This document shows positions 37,816 through 49,069 of a stretch of 64,000 bases of DNA, in pieces; the stretch's first letter is position 1, and each line of letters starts with the position of its first letter. Source of the stretch: Eutreptiella sp. 'Long Island Sound 2002' (taxonomy: Eukaryota; Protista; Euglenida); the NCBI GenBank assembly GCA_964036045.1, contig OZ038378.1, positions 13,888,001 through 13,952,000 on the forward strand. The letters run 5' to 3'. Both the position numbers and the translations under genes were made by a program. The notes under the pieces are model-generated. The model ran no database searches and was not told where the DNA came from. It was given only the letters and a program-made list of their open reading frames with translations.

Positions 37816-40800
37816 GTTTGAGAATTAGTGGCATTCGGCAGCGAAAGGTAAATATGTTCTGCACATTCACGTGGCACAACCAAAGGGCAGAAAGTCCTTG
37901 CGCTCGTCATGCTGCGATTACGTTGTCATTTCCTTGAAGTTCGATGATAGTGGTGTTCTGCGGCAGACGGTTGAGGTGTTTGTGTCGTCGGAGATGAACA
38001 GTGCGGGGACAAAGAAGAACAGTCGGAGGCGCTGGGACAAAGACTGCAGTCGGCTGGAAGCGGGTACTCGGTCTACATGTTCAGATCGGTGTTGTATTTT
38101 TTCTCTCTGATCTGCAGGCGGCTTCGTCGTGAAGTCCTGCAGCGGATAACGGACGCGCCCCGCAAACGCGGGCGTGGGATTGCATCTGATGAATCATCGA
38201 AATCGTTTGTATTTTTGTGGCTGGCATAGCGGACTAATTGCATTTTCATTGTTTTAAGCAGTCGCAAGTAGTGGTATTTGCCACTGCGACGAGCGCGGGC
38301 GACTTTTTTTGTGCCAATTGTTTTGAAAATAACCTCCGATGATTGCCGATAACCGGGTTTTCCGATTAATTGGTAAAACCGGTTCCGAACCCTAAATAGT
38401 AGTCAATCAAATGCCAAGATGAAAAGGGCTAAATCCTCACTTGTGGCCCTATATTTAGGCCGGTCTGCAAAGCTCGGAGATAGCACCCAGAGGCACCATC
38501 ATTGGCTACATCATATATCATATATCCATAAAGAGGAAAAAGTTTGCACGGAATTAATGTGTAACTAGGCGCAAAACATAGCTGCTAGCCAATCAACAAA
38601 GCAAATTCAACGCATGCCACAATAATGGCTCATCACAATTAGGCTAAGACAATGAGCAGTGCAACAACTTTTGCCTACTAACTGCAAACAAGCCGAAAAC
38701 GGCACCCACTAAATGGGCCTCCTTGGTGGTACATAGCTTCTTCTGGACTTATATGTATGCTCAACGGCACCAAATGGTCCCTCAACTGCTCCAGCTGAGT
38801 TACCAAGTTCCCACGGGTTGTCGAAGGTTGCCATCAGCTCCGATTTCTTAGCCAATGCATAGCCAACTAAAACTGCGTAAGTCCTCCCTGGTCGAGTCCA
38901 ATATGAGGGCTCGTCGAGGAAACTTAGAAATAAAACCTTAGATGCACGTCACTGTCCAATAATAGGTCCATCTAGACGATACATGTGGAATGGACTGGGC
39001 TCCGAATGGCTGCATGCTCCAGTCAAATCTTGTTCACTGTAGTGCAAACAAATTGGAAAACGGAAGTTTTGAAAACTAAGCTGACCGTGCGACATAGTCC
39101 CTACTAGGTTTATATTTACACCCATTGACGAAATGGTCGCACAACCGCACAAATGTAGCTGAAACCATCCGTAGCTACTCGTGCAATACATCAAGCGCCG
39201 TTATGGTGAAAATCGTCATTTGTTTCTTTCACACATGCTATCACCCGATTGACGCAAAACTAGAAGCTACAACATTTTTGGGGATCTTAATGGCTGTATA
39301 TCCACAATCTAAGCACCCATTGTGCGTAGCACAGAGTCGCTGAGATTGTACCAAATTGCTGACATCGCAAAAATGGCTGAATATATCACGATTTGCATGA
39401 GCCCTCGCTGCACTGAGCCTACATGAACCCCCATGGAGTCACGACAAAAAAATCTTTTCAGCTCTAAATGCCAAACCAAAAAAAATCCTGAAATTCGTCG
39501 CTAACAAGATGGGCAAGTCATTTTTTCCACGTGCAAATTGGACTTTGGTAGAAAGAAATGTTTTTTTCGGAAACTAGGCTAGAAAAAACACTTTGCTGCT
39601 ACGGAATTGGTACGCCGTAGGGGTTTGCCGTAAGGGTTCCAATACTTGTTGAGGATGACTTTCAAAACCGATAGCAAAACGTGCAGCTGGTTCTGATGAA
39701 ATTAGTAATTCTAAGCGGTGCATGGGAGCCCATATTCCTAAAAATTCGGTCCAACTTGTATGCGCCCCCCTCCCTCCCGCAACCCCTGGTCCAAAGAGTG
39801 GGATTCAAATGGTTGGGGGGAACAAAATCACTTGGCAATGCTTTTAAAAAGCACAGTTGAGACGGCCCGCATATATGGAAAAGCACCACATACTCTCTGG
39901 GAGCCTAATTGTGTACCCCACCCCAAGAGCTGAGTTGTTGGTTTCACCTTTTGTGAAATCATTCTTGGTCCAATAAACGCATCCTGGACTAGGGTCTGCA
40001 TCGACGTAGAGTGGCGGCTATTGACCAAAACAGCTTGTGCCACTGTGGTGTAAAAGCGCCCAAAACCACGCTTTTGAGAACCCACAATCCCAACTCAAAG
40101 GGCACAATAGTGTTGCATGGCTCCCCACGAGTCCCATTCCCACGAAATGATGACCCAACACAGGCCCAAGTGTCCCTGAGGGCTGTCATGGTTCGCCGGA
40201 ACAAAGACATTTTTGCCGTATCACATAACTCCATTTTTCGTGGAAATGGTCATTTTGCACCTTGGCTAGAGGCTGCAAAAAAAAAAAGCTTGCTTGTATA
40301 TCCTAATATCCCCTCAGAGTGGTTAACACGGAGTCGCTGAGGTCGCAAAAAACATCCACACAGCCCCACCCTCCGGGAAAGGGGTACCCAGGAACACTGG
40401 TGTTGGGGTGGGGGTCAAAATCGAAAAATTCATGGGGGGATGATTTTGTCTCCCAAAATGCTGATTTTACAAGGGGTTCGACATCCAATATCATGCTTTG
40501 GGGTATGCTGTGCAAATGACCCCTTAAAAGGGGGGGTATATGGTGCCCGCGCCTACGCTTGATCTCCTATCTTTGAGGTGATTTGACCCGCCCCCTGCCC
40601 CTTTGTCAGGGGCATGTATTGGAAATTTTTGGGTAACTATTCAATGTGCTTCTGTGCCACTGATATCCAAAACCACGGAATCTGTATGGATATCCACACA
40701 CCTCTGCACCAGATCCAGCAACCTTTCAGCCCAGATCATGTGAACGTGCCACCCAAGACACAAAACTCAGAGAATCAAATAAAACCATCTGAAGAAAAGC

Positions 40801-41311
40801 CTTGTGTCACAAAATCCATCTCACCTTCAGGAAAGAGCAAACTAGGCAATGTAGATGCAGTGTGATGCAAAATGATGGGATGGTACAGATGTCCAAAAAA
40901 TGCTCAAGCTAAAACACGCTTATTTGACGACAGCATTGTGCCCTGGGGGGAAAATCAATCCATCCGAGTGTCTCCCAAATGAAACTGACAGTCAGATGGT
41001 AGTCTCTTCAAAGCCAAGAATGCGCCTGTGAAGCACATCACATGCTTGTATTGCTCTTGAGGCCATGCATACTGCAGACCAACATATATAACAAAAACAC
41101 CTCCTTGAGGAACCACGGGGAATGCAGCCAGCATCATTTTCAATATCCTTTGCAATAACACTAGAAAGCAAAAGCGCTGGTTGGCAAATCGGGTCAAAGG
41201 GCGTCCATTGGCCTGTGAAGCCCGTACAAAGGCCATGTATGGGTCATGGCCATGCCCTTATATCTCGCCATTTATCTGATGTTGCAGCAACACCCACTTC
41301 GCAGATGCGGC

Positions 41312-41854
41312 TTACAGCCATGCTGGGAAGACATGCACCCCATCCTCTCCAAGGGGCACGGCCTCGGACCGCACAATTGCTGCTGTGGACACCCCACTGT
41401 CCCCATAGACATGCACACAGCCGTCAGGCAGGAGATAGTGCACGGTGGTGGGGGCATAGGCCCGAGCATCAGCATCCGGCTCCTTATCCCCCATCTTTCC
41501 CACAATCCAGTTCACAGGCCCGGCCAATTTCTCAGCATCCAGTTCAAGCAGCTCCAAATCAGTCGCAGTGGTGAAGAACAGCCGCGCTACCACTGGGGCG
41601 GAGGTGCGATCCGAGAGGTGTACAAAACCGTCGTTGATGTCGAGGGTGCTTGCAATTTTGCCACTGTCACGGAACCCCTGGGCCTCAGCTTTGGTTGCCA
41701 GCTTGAACACGCGCTTGGGGACATCCGTCAGGCCCTCAATGACCGTATATGCTGGGCCATCTCGTGCCATGGGGAACTCGGCGTCAACCACGGATGGGGG
41801 GATACCGCCGAACACATGTGGGCACACCCAGTTTCCCCAGTCCGCACCTACGGC
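41312..41854 (-). CDS. Cupin-DUF952-DUF952 protein, exon 2
   Basis: ttcttcag acceptor, phase 0. WVCPHVFGGIP completes DUF952 #1. RVFKLAT...DGFVHLS...LLELD...HVYG forms DUF952 #2. Ends at a stop. Confidence 0.85.
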   Translation of the reverse strand, partial: AVGADWGNWVCPHVFGGIPPSVVDAEFPMARDGPAYTVIEGLTDVPKRVFKLATKAEAQGFRDSGKIASTLDINDGFVHLSDRTSAPVVARLFFTTATDLELLELDAEKLAGPVNWIVGKMGDKEPDADARAYAPTTVHYLLPDGCVHVYGDSGVSTAAIVRSEAVPLGEDGVHVFPAWL

Positions 41855-42895
41855 CTGAAGAATGGGGGCAGCAACCCAATCAGGATGGAACGAGGCAACG
41901 GACCTCACAACCTGGGCAGGGGTCATTGATGACGCCGTATGAGAGTTGCTGGTTGCCATTTGCAACCATTTGGAGGGTGTTTGATTTTGTTATCCCTCTG
42001 TCCAATAGCGCTACCTGCAATGTGAATGTGGTGCTTCGCTTTGCCCATGTTCCGCTCTATGTTGCTTGATCCCCGGCACCTCCTTGTCCAACAGAGGTCC
42101 TTGTCAAACGCAGCATCACCACTCACAAGCCCCCCTCCCCCCTACAGAAATGGAGGGGCAGCAACCAAGAGAAGGCGCAAAGCAGTCAACACAAGAAAAG
42201 CCTCATCAGTGGCCCGTGGGCACCTTTCGGTCTGTAGGTGTGCACGTGTAGGGTCTCCACCCCCCCACACACACAGCATGCGCCTCTGGAATTGCCCAAG
42301 AAAGTCAAACCAAGGTTCAACTGAAGTGCAACCACCCGAAAGTGGTCTGCCGGGGTACTGCACCCTGCCGTGTTTAGATGCACAACTGTGTGTTCAGTGC
42401 CAGGTGCCATATCCTTGCAATTTTGAGGGTGACATGCAGCCTTGCAGTGTCGCCTGAAGACAACAGGCACCAAGCTGTGCCTGTGAGCCAACATACCACT
42501 TCCCTATAACCTTCCTTCGCTCGTGCAGCCTGCACCCCGGGCAGATCTACATGGTCTGGGGGGGGGCATAAAGGCTGAGTAGCGTGACGGTTGGTACTTG
42601 CGGGGGTACAGACTGGTCAGCAGGAATAAAGTGTGTACCAGACCACTGGGGAAAAGACCTTAGGCAGGTGAGAGTGGGGACCATTGTCCCGCTACTCGCA
42701 ATTGGGGTGCTCACCACCGCTGATGTGGAAAATGGAACACAGGGCCACAGGGTTCGAGATCCCCAAATGCCCGCCATCAGTGCACAGGGCTTCCAGGCAG
42801 TAGTATGCCATGGAGATCTGGGAGGGGGGGGGGGGGGGCACACATGTGCAACATGCACGTCGCACCAGCACCATCCCCCACCCCCCGCCACACAC

Positions 42896-43585
42896 CTTGT
42901 CTCCGACAGGCATTGCCTCCTCGTCCTTCGTGATGATACCGCTGCGGCGCAGCGCGGAGCGCTTGAACCGCAGGCACACCCACTCGCCCGGCACGTCCTG
43001 GTAGAAATGGTTGGCCGTGTCGATGAGGCGGGACGGGACAGCCGTCGCGTGTGTGAACCCGTCGGTCTCAAAGGTGGGCGGGAAGTACGCGTGCCCCGAC
43101 CGCTTGGCCTCCTCCCACAACGCCTTCTGGCACATGTGGTACAGAATCTCCGGCTCCGGGTCATCGGCCGAGGCCTTGGCCTGGCCGCCGTGCAGCTCCT
43201 GCAGTTTCGCTGCCACCGCACTGTCAGGGCCATCCTCCCGCAGGCAGCGGTCGGGGCGGAAGGCCGGGAGGCAGACTGGGATGTACTCCGTCTCGCCATC
43301 AGGGAAGACCGGGCGGAAGCGCTCGCCCTTGTCAATGAAGACAGTCTGCCCTGCGCCCACCTCCAGCGTCTGTCCATCTCCATAGTGCAGGACCATGCGG
43401 CCCTTGAGGACACACATCCACTCGTCATAGTCCAGAGTCAGCCAGGGCTCACTCGTGGGCGCAGAGATCTTCACATGGGCGATGCTGATGCGGTCAGCCT
43501 GTGTGGCCACGTTGCCCGCAAGCTCATCGATGATGAGGTCTCCAGTATCCACAACGCGCACCGTCCCTCCGATGATGTGTGGCAT
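42896..43585 (-). CDS. Cupin-DUF952-DUF952 protein, exon 1
   Basis: ATG-initiated. EutQ-like cupin (EPWLTLDYDEWMCVLKGRM...VGAGQTVFIDKGERFRP) followed by DUF952 (LYHMCQKALWEEAK...YFPPTFETDGFTHAT). AAG|GTGTGT donor. Confidence 0.88.
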
Positions 43586-43675
43586 TGTAGTGGCTGCACA
43601 TGATGTTGTGGCAGCGCAGGTGCAAGATAGGCATGCACAAGGGCGGAGCGGGATGAAGCGGGGGAAGTAGGGATT

Positions 43676-43987
43676 ATGCAGTGGCTGAATGGTGTCAGGT
43701 GCTTAAGCAGTGCCCTCAGCAAAGCCAAGGCCACATCACAAGGAATGGCTCCGAACAACAGACCCAAGGCTGGGCACACTATTTGGCTCAAATCATTACC
43801 AACCCCAGTTTTAAACAGTCCCCCTAGAACGCAGGAGGAGGGTACCATTGAGGAGGAGGAAAATGATGACGGTGTTTGTTGCCAATTGTGTGGCCACCCT
43901 CCGGGTGATATATCTGAGTGTGGCACTTGCCACTTGAACATGTGTACATCTTGCATGCCACTGCATAGTTGTACCTTACAAGACTGA
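43676..43987 (+). pseudogene. Truncated ORF ending in an AN1-like zinc finger, probably transposon-derived
   Basis: Acidic stretch, then C-x2-C-x9-C-x2-C-x4-C-x2-C-x3-H-x-C. The stop codon lies at the start of a family-X 3' end. Confidence 0.4.
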
Positions 43988-45669
43988 GTGGTTTGTTCAT
44001 AGGTACATTGGAGTACCAATTTGAAGGCAGTTTTGTTGTAATCTTGTGGGCTTTGCTGCTTTGCCTTGCTATCATACAGGTGGCAGGTGATCTTGGTTGA
44101 GTTCCCCGGCAGGTGCACGCAGTGCACACACAGTGCAACAACTTGGCCTGTGCTTGGATCATCTCAGCCATTTTGTACCACCCCTTTGAACAGCCCACCT
44201 GGTTGCACCCCCCCCCCCCCCTAGGGGGGTTTGGACACCAACGTATGCCCATACAGACTCAGGCACATGAGGCCAAGGTCTAGAGGGCTGATACCTAGTT
44301 TGTCTACAAATACCAAATTGGGTAAGGTGGAGCAAAATACGCACAGGGTAATGCAGCTCCACTGCAGAGCATGTCCGCACATTGCGGACAATCCTCCATT
44401 GCCAGAGGCATGCAAAGAGGTGCACCACCCTTGCACGATAGAAGCCAGCCATGGATGCCGTTATATTCTTGTTGGGTTTCACTCAAAGTTGCCTGCACAA
44501 TATAAGGTGCAACAGTGTGCAAGTGGCCCTTTTTAGCGGCATCATTGGCAGGTACTTCAAAATTGAAAAGAAGCTGAAAAAACCTTGGCATGGAACAAAA
44601 AACTTGCGGAAAGGGGCCAAAACTAGGGTTCGACTATTTGCTGACACACAAAACTTTGCACTATGTGCGTACTGCGTGCTCGGCAATCCCACAGGGCGGA
44701 AGGGGACCACGGACACCAATATGTGTGGGCCTAAAAAGGGGCCCATGGCTCCCCATGGATGTATGTGTGCCCTCGTTGTCACCAAATGATCACCAAAGCA
44801 TGGCCCAAGGCCCCCTCAAAGCGTCATCAGGGTGACCCCCAAAAAGTCGATTTTTTAGCCACCCCATGCTAGCCTAAAAATCGCAAAATCCTCATCCTCA
44901 TCATTGGGTGTGCCATCCGGGGCCCACCCAATCACAAGTACCGAGAGGTATGACCTGGGGGCCAGCTGTTGTTTTGGAGGGTGGAGAGAACAAAGAAAAT
45001 AAATGGAACATGGGACACACACGCAGTGGCCACAATAGGTGAACCTAGTTGCATCTGCCTCACCCCCTTCACTTCCGGGGTTGTGACGGGGTCCCCAACC
45101 AAAAGCTCATTGGACGTTACTTGACCTGGGTAAAAATAGGAATTTACAATTATGCAAGTTGAGTCCTTTAGGATATGGTATAGACTTAGGCCCAAAACAG
45201 GAGGGACAATGTGCGAGCATGCCTAATTTTGATGCATCAACCTTAGCACTACTACCCACCAACTCCTAACAAACTAAAAAGTGGGCCCATTGATTTCCTT
45301 GGATCTCCACAAATGGGCCAATATTGTCCAAAAACGAAATACAAAAAAGGGCATCGGTGCTTGGGGTCTTTAGGAAGCAGGCTATGGCTTGACTCCCAGC
45401 ATTGATCGAGTGGCTATCCCTGCCTTGCGTTTCAAACCTTGGACCATCAGCACATACGTTACGTGCTCTGACACTTTGACCTCCTTGGTCTCTTAACCAG
45501 CTGTTCAGTGACTAGTGACCGTCATAAGATTGTGTCCGTATTCCAAACACCACTTGGTTCCTATGTGACCATGTTGTTTGTCACCGCATAGTATGGTCCT
45601 GCATCCGGTCCTACTTTGCCGTTGCCTCAAGCAACGGCCAACTGAGAACTGATTCAAGGGGGGGATCCT

Positions 45670-46368
45670 TGCACTGCGTGCGCACTGCGCACTACTTTTA
45701 GACTATGTTCCCCCCGAAGAGCCCCTAGGCACGCCCCTTGGAAACACCCTTAGAATTAGGCGACCCAAACTGGACTGGAGGGGACCTTCAGGGGGACCTT
45801 CCCGGTTCTTGTGGCAGTGGTGAAGGACCCAGGGCCTTTGGGGGGGAACTTGACTGGGTGTTGGGTGGCAGGGATGGAGGGCAGTCAGGTGGCGAGTCTG
45901 AACTTGGGATGGCAAAGGAGATGGACTCCATCTTGCATCGCCGATTCACCACTCTCAACCCATCTTGGTAGTATTCCAAGTGGAGGAGTCCGTCTTCAGC
46001 CGTCCCAACCACCGTGGCAGGAGGTTGCAGGCCATTGGAGCGGGTGTAGAACACCCTATCCCCAATACTGAAATCCATGGAGAAAGTGGGCCGGAGAAAT
46101 GAGGAGGGAAGTATGATGTCCTGCAGCAGGCACCCTGAAAGTGTATCACCATATCAATCAACCGAGAAAAAGAGTAGATTTGGTGGAAATGGTGGGGAAA
46201 TGTGTGCAAAAAAGTAGAAATGGGTGAAATAGGGTGAACATTCAAAAATCCCATATCCTCAATGCATCAAAACCTACTGTCAAAGAACAATGATGCCCAA
46301 AGTACCACAAAGTATGGGTTTCTACTATGGCCAAACGCCCAAATAGTTGCACTGCGCGCGCACTGCGC
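45670..46368 (-). mobile_element. ~700-bp family X cassette
   Basis: GCAGTGC-doublet motifs in the same orientation at 46348-46368 and 45670-45691. 5' region similar to 23870-24050. Confidence 0.6.
45788..46078 (-). CDS. 96-aa ORF with Tudor/SH3-like N-terminus and Ser/Pro tail, inside the family X cassette
   Basis: MDFSIGDRVFYTRSNGLQPPATVVGTAEDGLLHLEYYQDG is an uninterrupted ATG-to-stop ORF with a beta-barrel-like pattern. The fold is inferred. Confidence 0.45.
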   Translation of the reverse strand: MDFSIGDRVFYTRSNGLQPPATVVGTAEDGLLHLEYYQDGLRVVNRRCKMESISFAIPSSDSPPDCPPSLPPNTQSSSPPKALGPSPLPQEPGRSP

Positions 46369-47654
46369 TTAAGGCGCCCCCAAGGTCAACTACACAGAAA
46401 GCACCAAACACACACCTTTTAAACGGTTGCTTTCATTTTGGTGAGGGCATCAAGAAGGGCATCTTACACAAGCCAAAAAGTGTCTGGGAAGTCGTTTTCA
46501 AAGTGCATACCCATATGCAAAAAGGCCCTTTGTCAGGCATCACTAATTTGTAGTTTGCCTTGAACATCCTCGACTTGTGCTTTGTGCATATCTATGGGGT
46601 TTCCATCTCCACATGCGCGTTGTACGCAGATTGTAGCATCCAGCAACTCATCTTACAAACAAGTAATCAAAACCCGAGACTTGGCAAGCTCCCAGGTCAC
46701 TTCAACAAGCACTTTTAACCCATCAATGGGTTGCTCTAATAAAGCGGACCTTTTGGAGATGGTGACCAACGGTTTTGGTATCTTTAGCCACGCCCCTTGG
46801 TACAACGATGCCTTCTAGTGCCTTTTGGTACTGATGTTGGATGCCTTGCTTGGCGTTCAACAGCAGAACTTCGCAGCATTCCAAACTCTGCTTCTCCTTG
46901 TGATACTGCACAATGTATTTCTTGGGACCAAGCCGCTGGACCGGATTGCTGTTCATATGCTAGGCTCTTTGGCCGGCCGAACGCCAGCCTGTTTGTAAAG
47001 GCAAATCCTAGCCAGGGCAGTGGCCCGTTTGTAAAGGCATCTGGGGCAGGACCTCGGGGCCGAGCCATTGGACCGCATCGCCGGCAAAATGCCCGGCTCT
47101 TTGGCCGGCCGAACGCTAGCCCGTTTGCAAAAGCAAATCCCAAACCGGATGTCGGTTCGTTTGTCAAACAGATCGAGGGATGTCAATTTGTGGTGACAAG
47201 CCACCACTATGCCGTTGGTATTATGGTATTATGGTGGGCCGATGCCATGCTGGGTTATGACCGGTCAAAATGGTCCCATCCCTCCTTGGCATGCCCCCAA
47301 GCATGCCCACCTAGATGCCTTGCACACCCAACAATATGATGGTGGCAATGATTGTCACCAAAGGGTGGCTCAAGCAACCGACATTCCAAGGTGAACGGCC
47401 TCCAATCATCGCTAGCATGCCATGCTAGCGTGTCTAGATACATGTGACGCCTTCAACAATCACACCATGACACTTCTTTTCACTTGCTCTTGACATTATC
47501 CAAGAATGACCTCAGCATCCATGATCAATAACTCTGCCTAATCTATACCTTGGAAAGTAGTCTCATCTGAGTGGAGTGACTCCTCAAGTGAATGTGCTGC
47601 TCGTTGTAGAAAGCTAGGCTGGTCTCGAGCCTTTGGCAATGAAAAGCACAGACC

Positions 47655-47712
47655 ACACACACACACACACACACACACATTCACACACAGTCACAAACAC
47701 AAGCACACATAC
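47655..47712 (+). repeat. (CA)n microsatellite, imperfect
   Basis: Read directly. Confidence 0.9.
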
Positions 47713-48442
47713 TCCTGACCGACCATACACTTAGTGTGCAACCGTTGGCGCTGCAACCCGCCAAGCCTCAAGCGACGATGTCTCCTTCACCCACTACCAG
47801 CCCCAACCAACACCAAGAAAGTGGAGAAAGTGGCCAAAGAAAGGGAAAGAAAAACGGAGGAACACGAAAAGAAGAGGCTGTTGTGTCTCACAAAAGATCT
47901 CCAAATAGGGTCCAACAAACCAGCGGTTGAGCTGTGGATTCAAACCTCACATTCATGCCCCTAAATTGTGATGTTGGCAATTGGAGAAAGTAGGCCATGA
48001 AAGCAAGAAGACAAATTTCGGCATGTTGCTGTGCAGTCATCCCACTTCTTTCATTTTGGCAGCATAAAATTGGAGGTCAAAGGGAAGCTTTGAGGCAGAG
48101 CTGTGCATGCTACTAGTGTCCACCAGTCAAACCGAGCTTTGCTCGGAATCAGCACAGTGAACAGGGTGTTTCTCAACAGCGCCCACAATCTCAAAACCTC
48201 CAACCATCCAAACCTAACATGCACAAGTCAAACTGCAGCTAGATGCGCTGCACAGAATGTAAAGAGTGTCGCCCCATGTGCAAATCCGACAATAACTTGT
48301 GGGGGTTTAAGAGACTACTCCTACACATCACAGGCCATTGCCAATTTTCTATGGCATGATGGCACTGAACCCAATGCTTTGTGCACTGTGAACCCAATCC
48401 ACCCTGTGCACCACCACAGTGAACCCAACACCTGGTCCGCTA

Positions 48443-49069
48443 CCCCCCCCTCCTTGTATAGTAACCACCTGGCACGACGGTATCCTCGCACCCCCGAGGG
48501 AACATTCCCCAAGTGACACTTCTCTCGCCCGCAGAATTACCATGCAAGGGACGTGCGGCACGAAACAAGACATGCAGACACGAGGGCATATGAACCCCAA
48601 AATGAGCCAGAAACTGCCTGTTGGGATGCATGTTCAGCTCTACTGAGAGACAGGATCTGTGTGCCACTTTTTCTGGTGGGAGTATGTGGCTCTGAAGAGC
48701 TGCACATGCTCAACAGTCAGCACCACGCTCTGAGGGGCCCAGAATCTTGGCAGACACAGTACTGCCACCGGAACGTTGGAAATTGACAACAGCACCAGGT
48801 GAGTGCGTGTTAATATGATCGACATCCATGGCTGAAATTGCGAAAAACTGAAATGTTCTGCATGATACAGGTTACAGTGGAGTGCCTTGGATGCAAGCAA
48901 TCTGAAGTACACAACAATGCACCAATAATGCCACCTTGTCCAGCCAGCAAATGCACAGGAGAAGCTCAATATTCAACCCTCTGAGTAAATTTGCAAAACG
49001 GAATTTGACGGTTCCTTCGCTCCCCCGGTGACTATGCAAGGGCGGTTACTATACAAGGGGGGCAGGGGG
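48443..49069. mobile_element. TA-flanked MITE-like element
   Basis: ~28-bp TIRs (CCCCC..CCTTGTATAGTAACC / GGTTACTATACAAGG..GGGGG) with TA on both sides. Confidence 0.6.

Larger units (their letters stand above)
34576..38394. mobile_element. hAT-like DNA transposon, non-autonomous/decayed
   Basis: TIRs TAAGGTTTGGAACCTGG and TAGGGTTCGGAACCGG. 8-bp flanks AATAGCAA / AATAGTAG (6/8 identical). Subterminal AAAATAACCGGTT-type repeats at both ends. Confidence 0.7.

Noticed and set aside
48230-48350. BED-like finger (RCTECKECRPMCKSDNNLWGFKRLLLH)
   Set aside because: Short, bounded by stops, and ligand spacing is poor. Not enough for a call.
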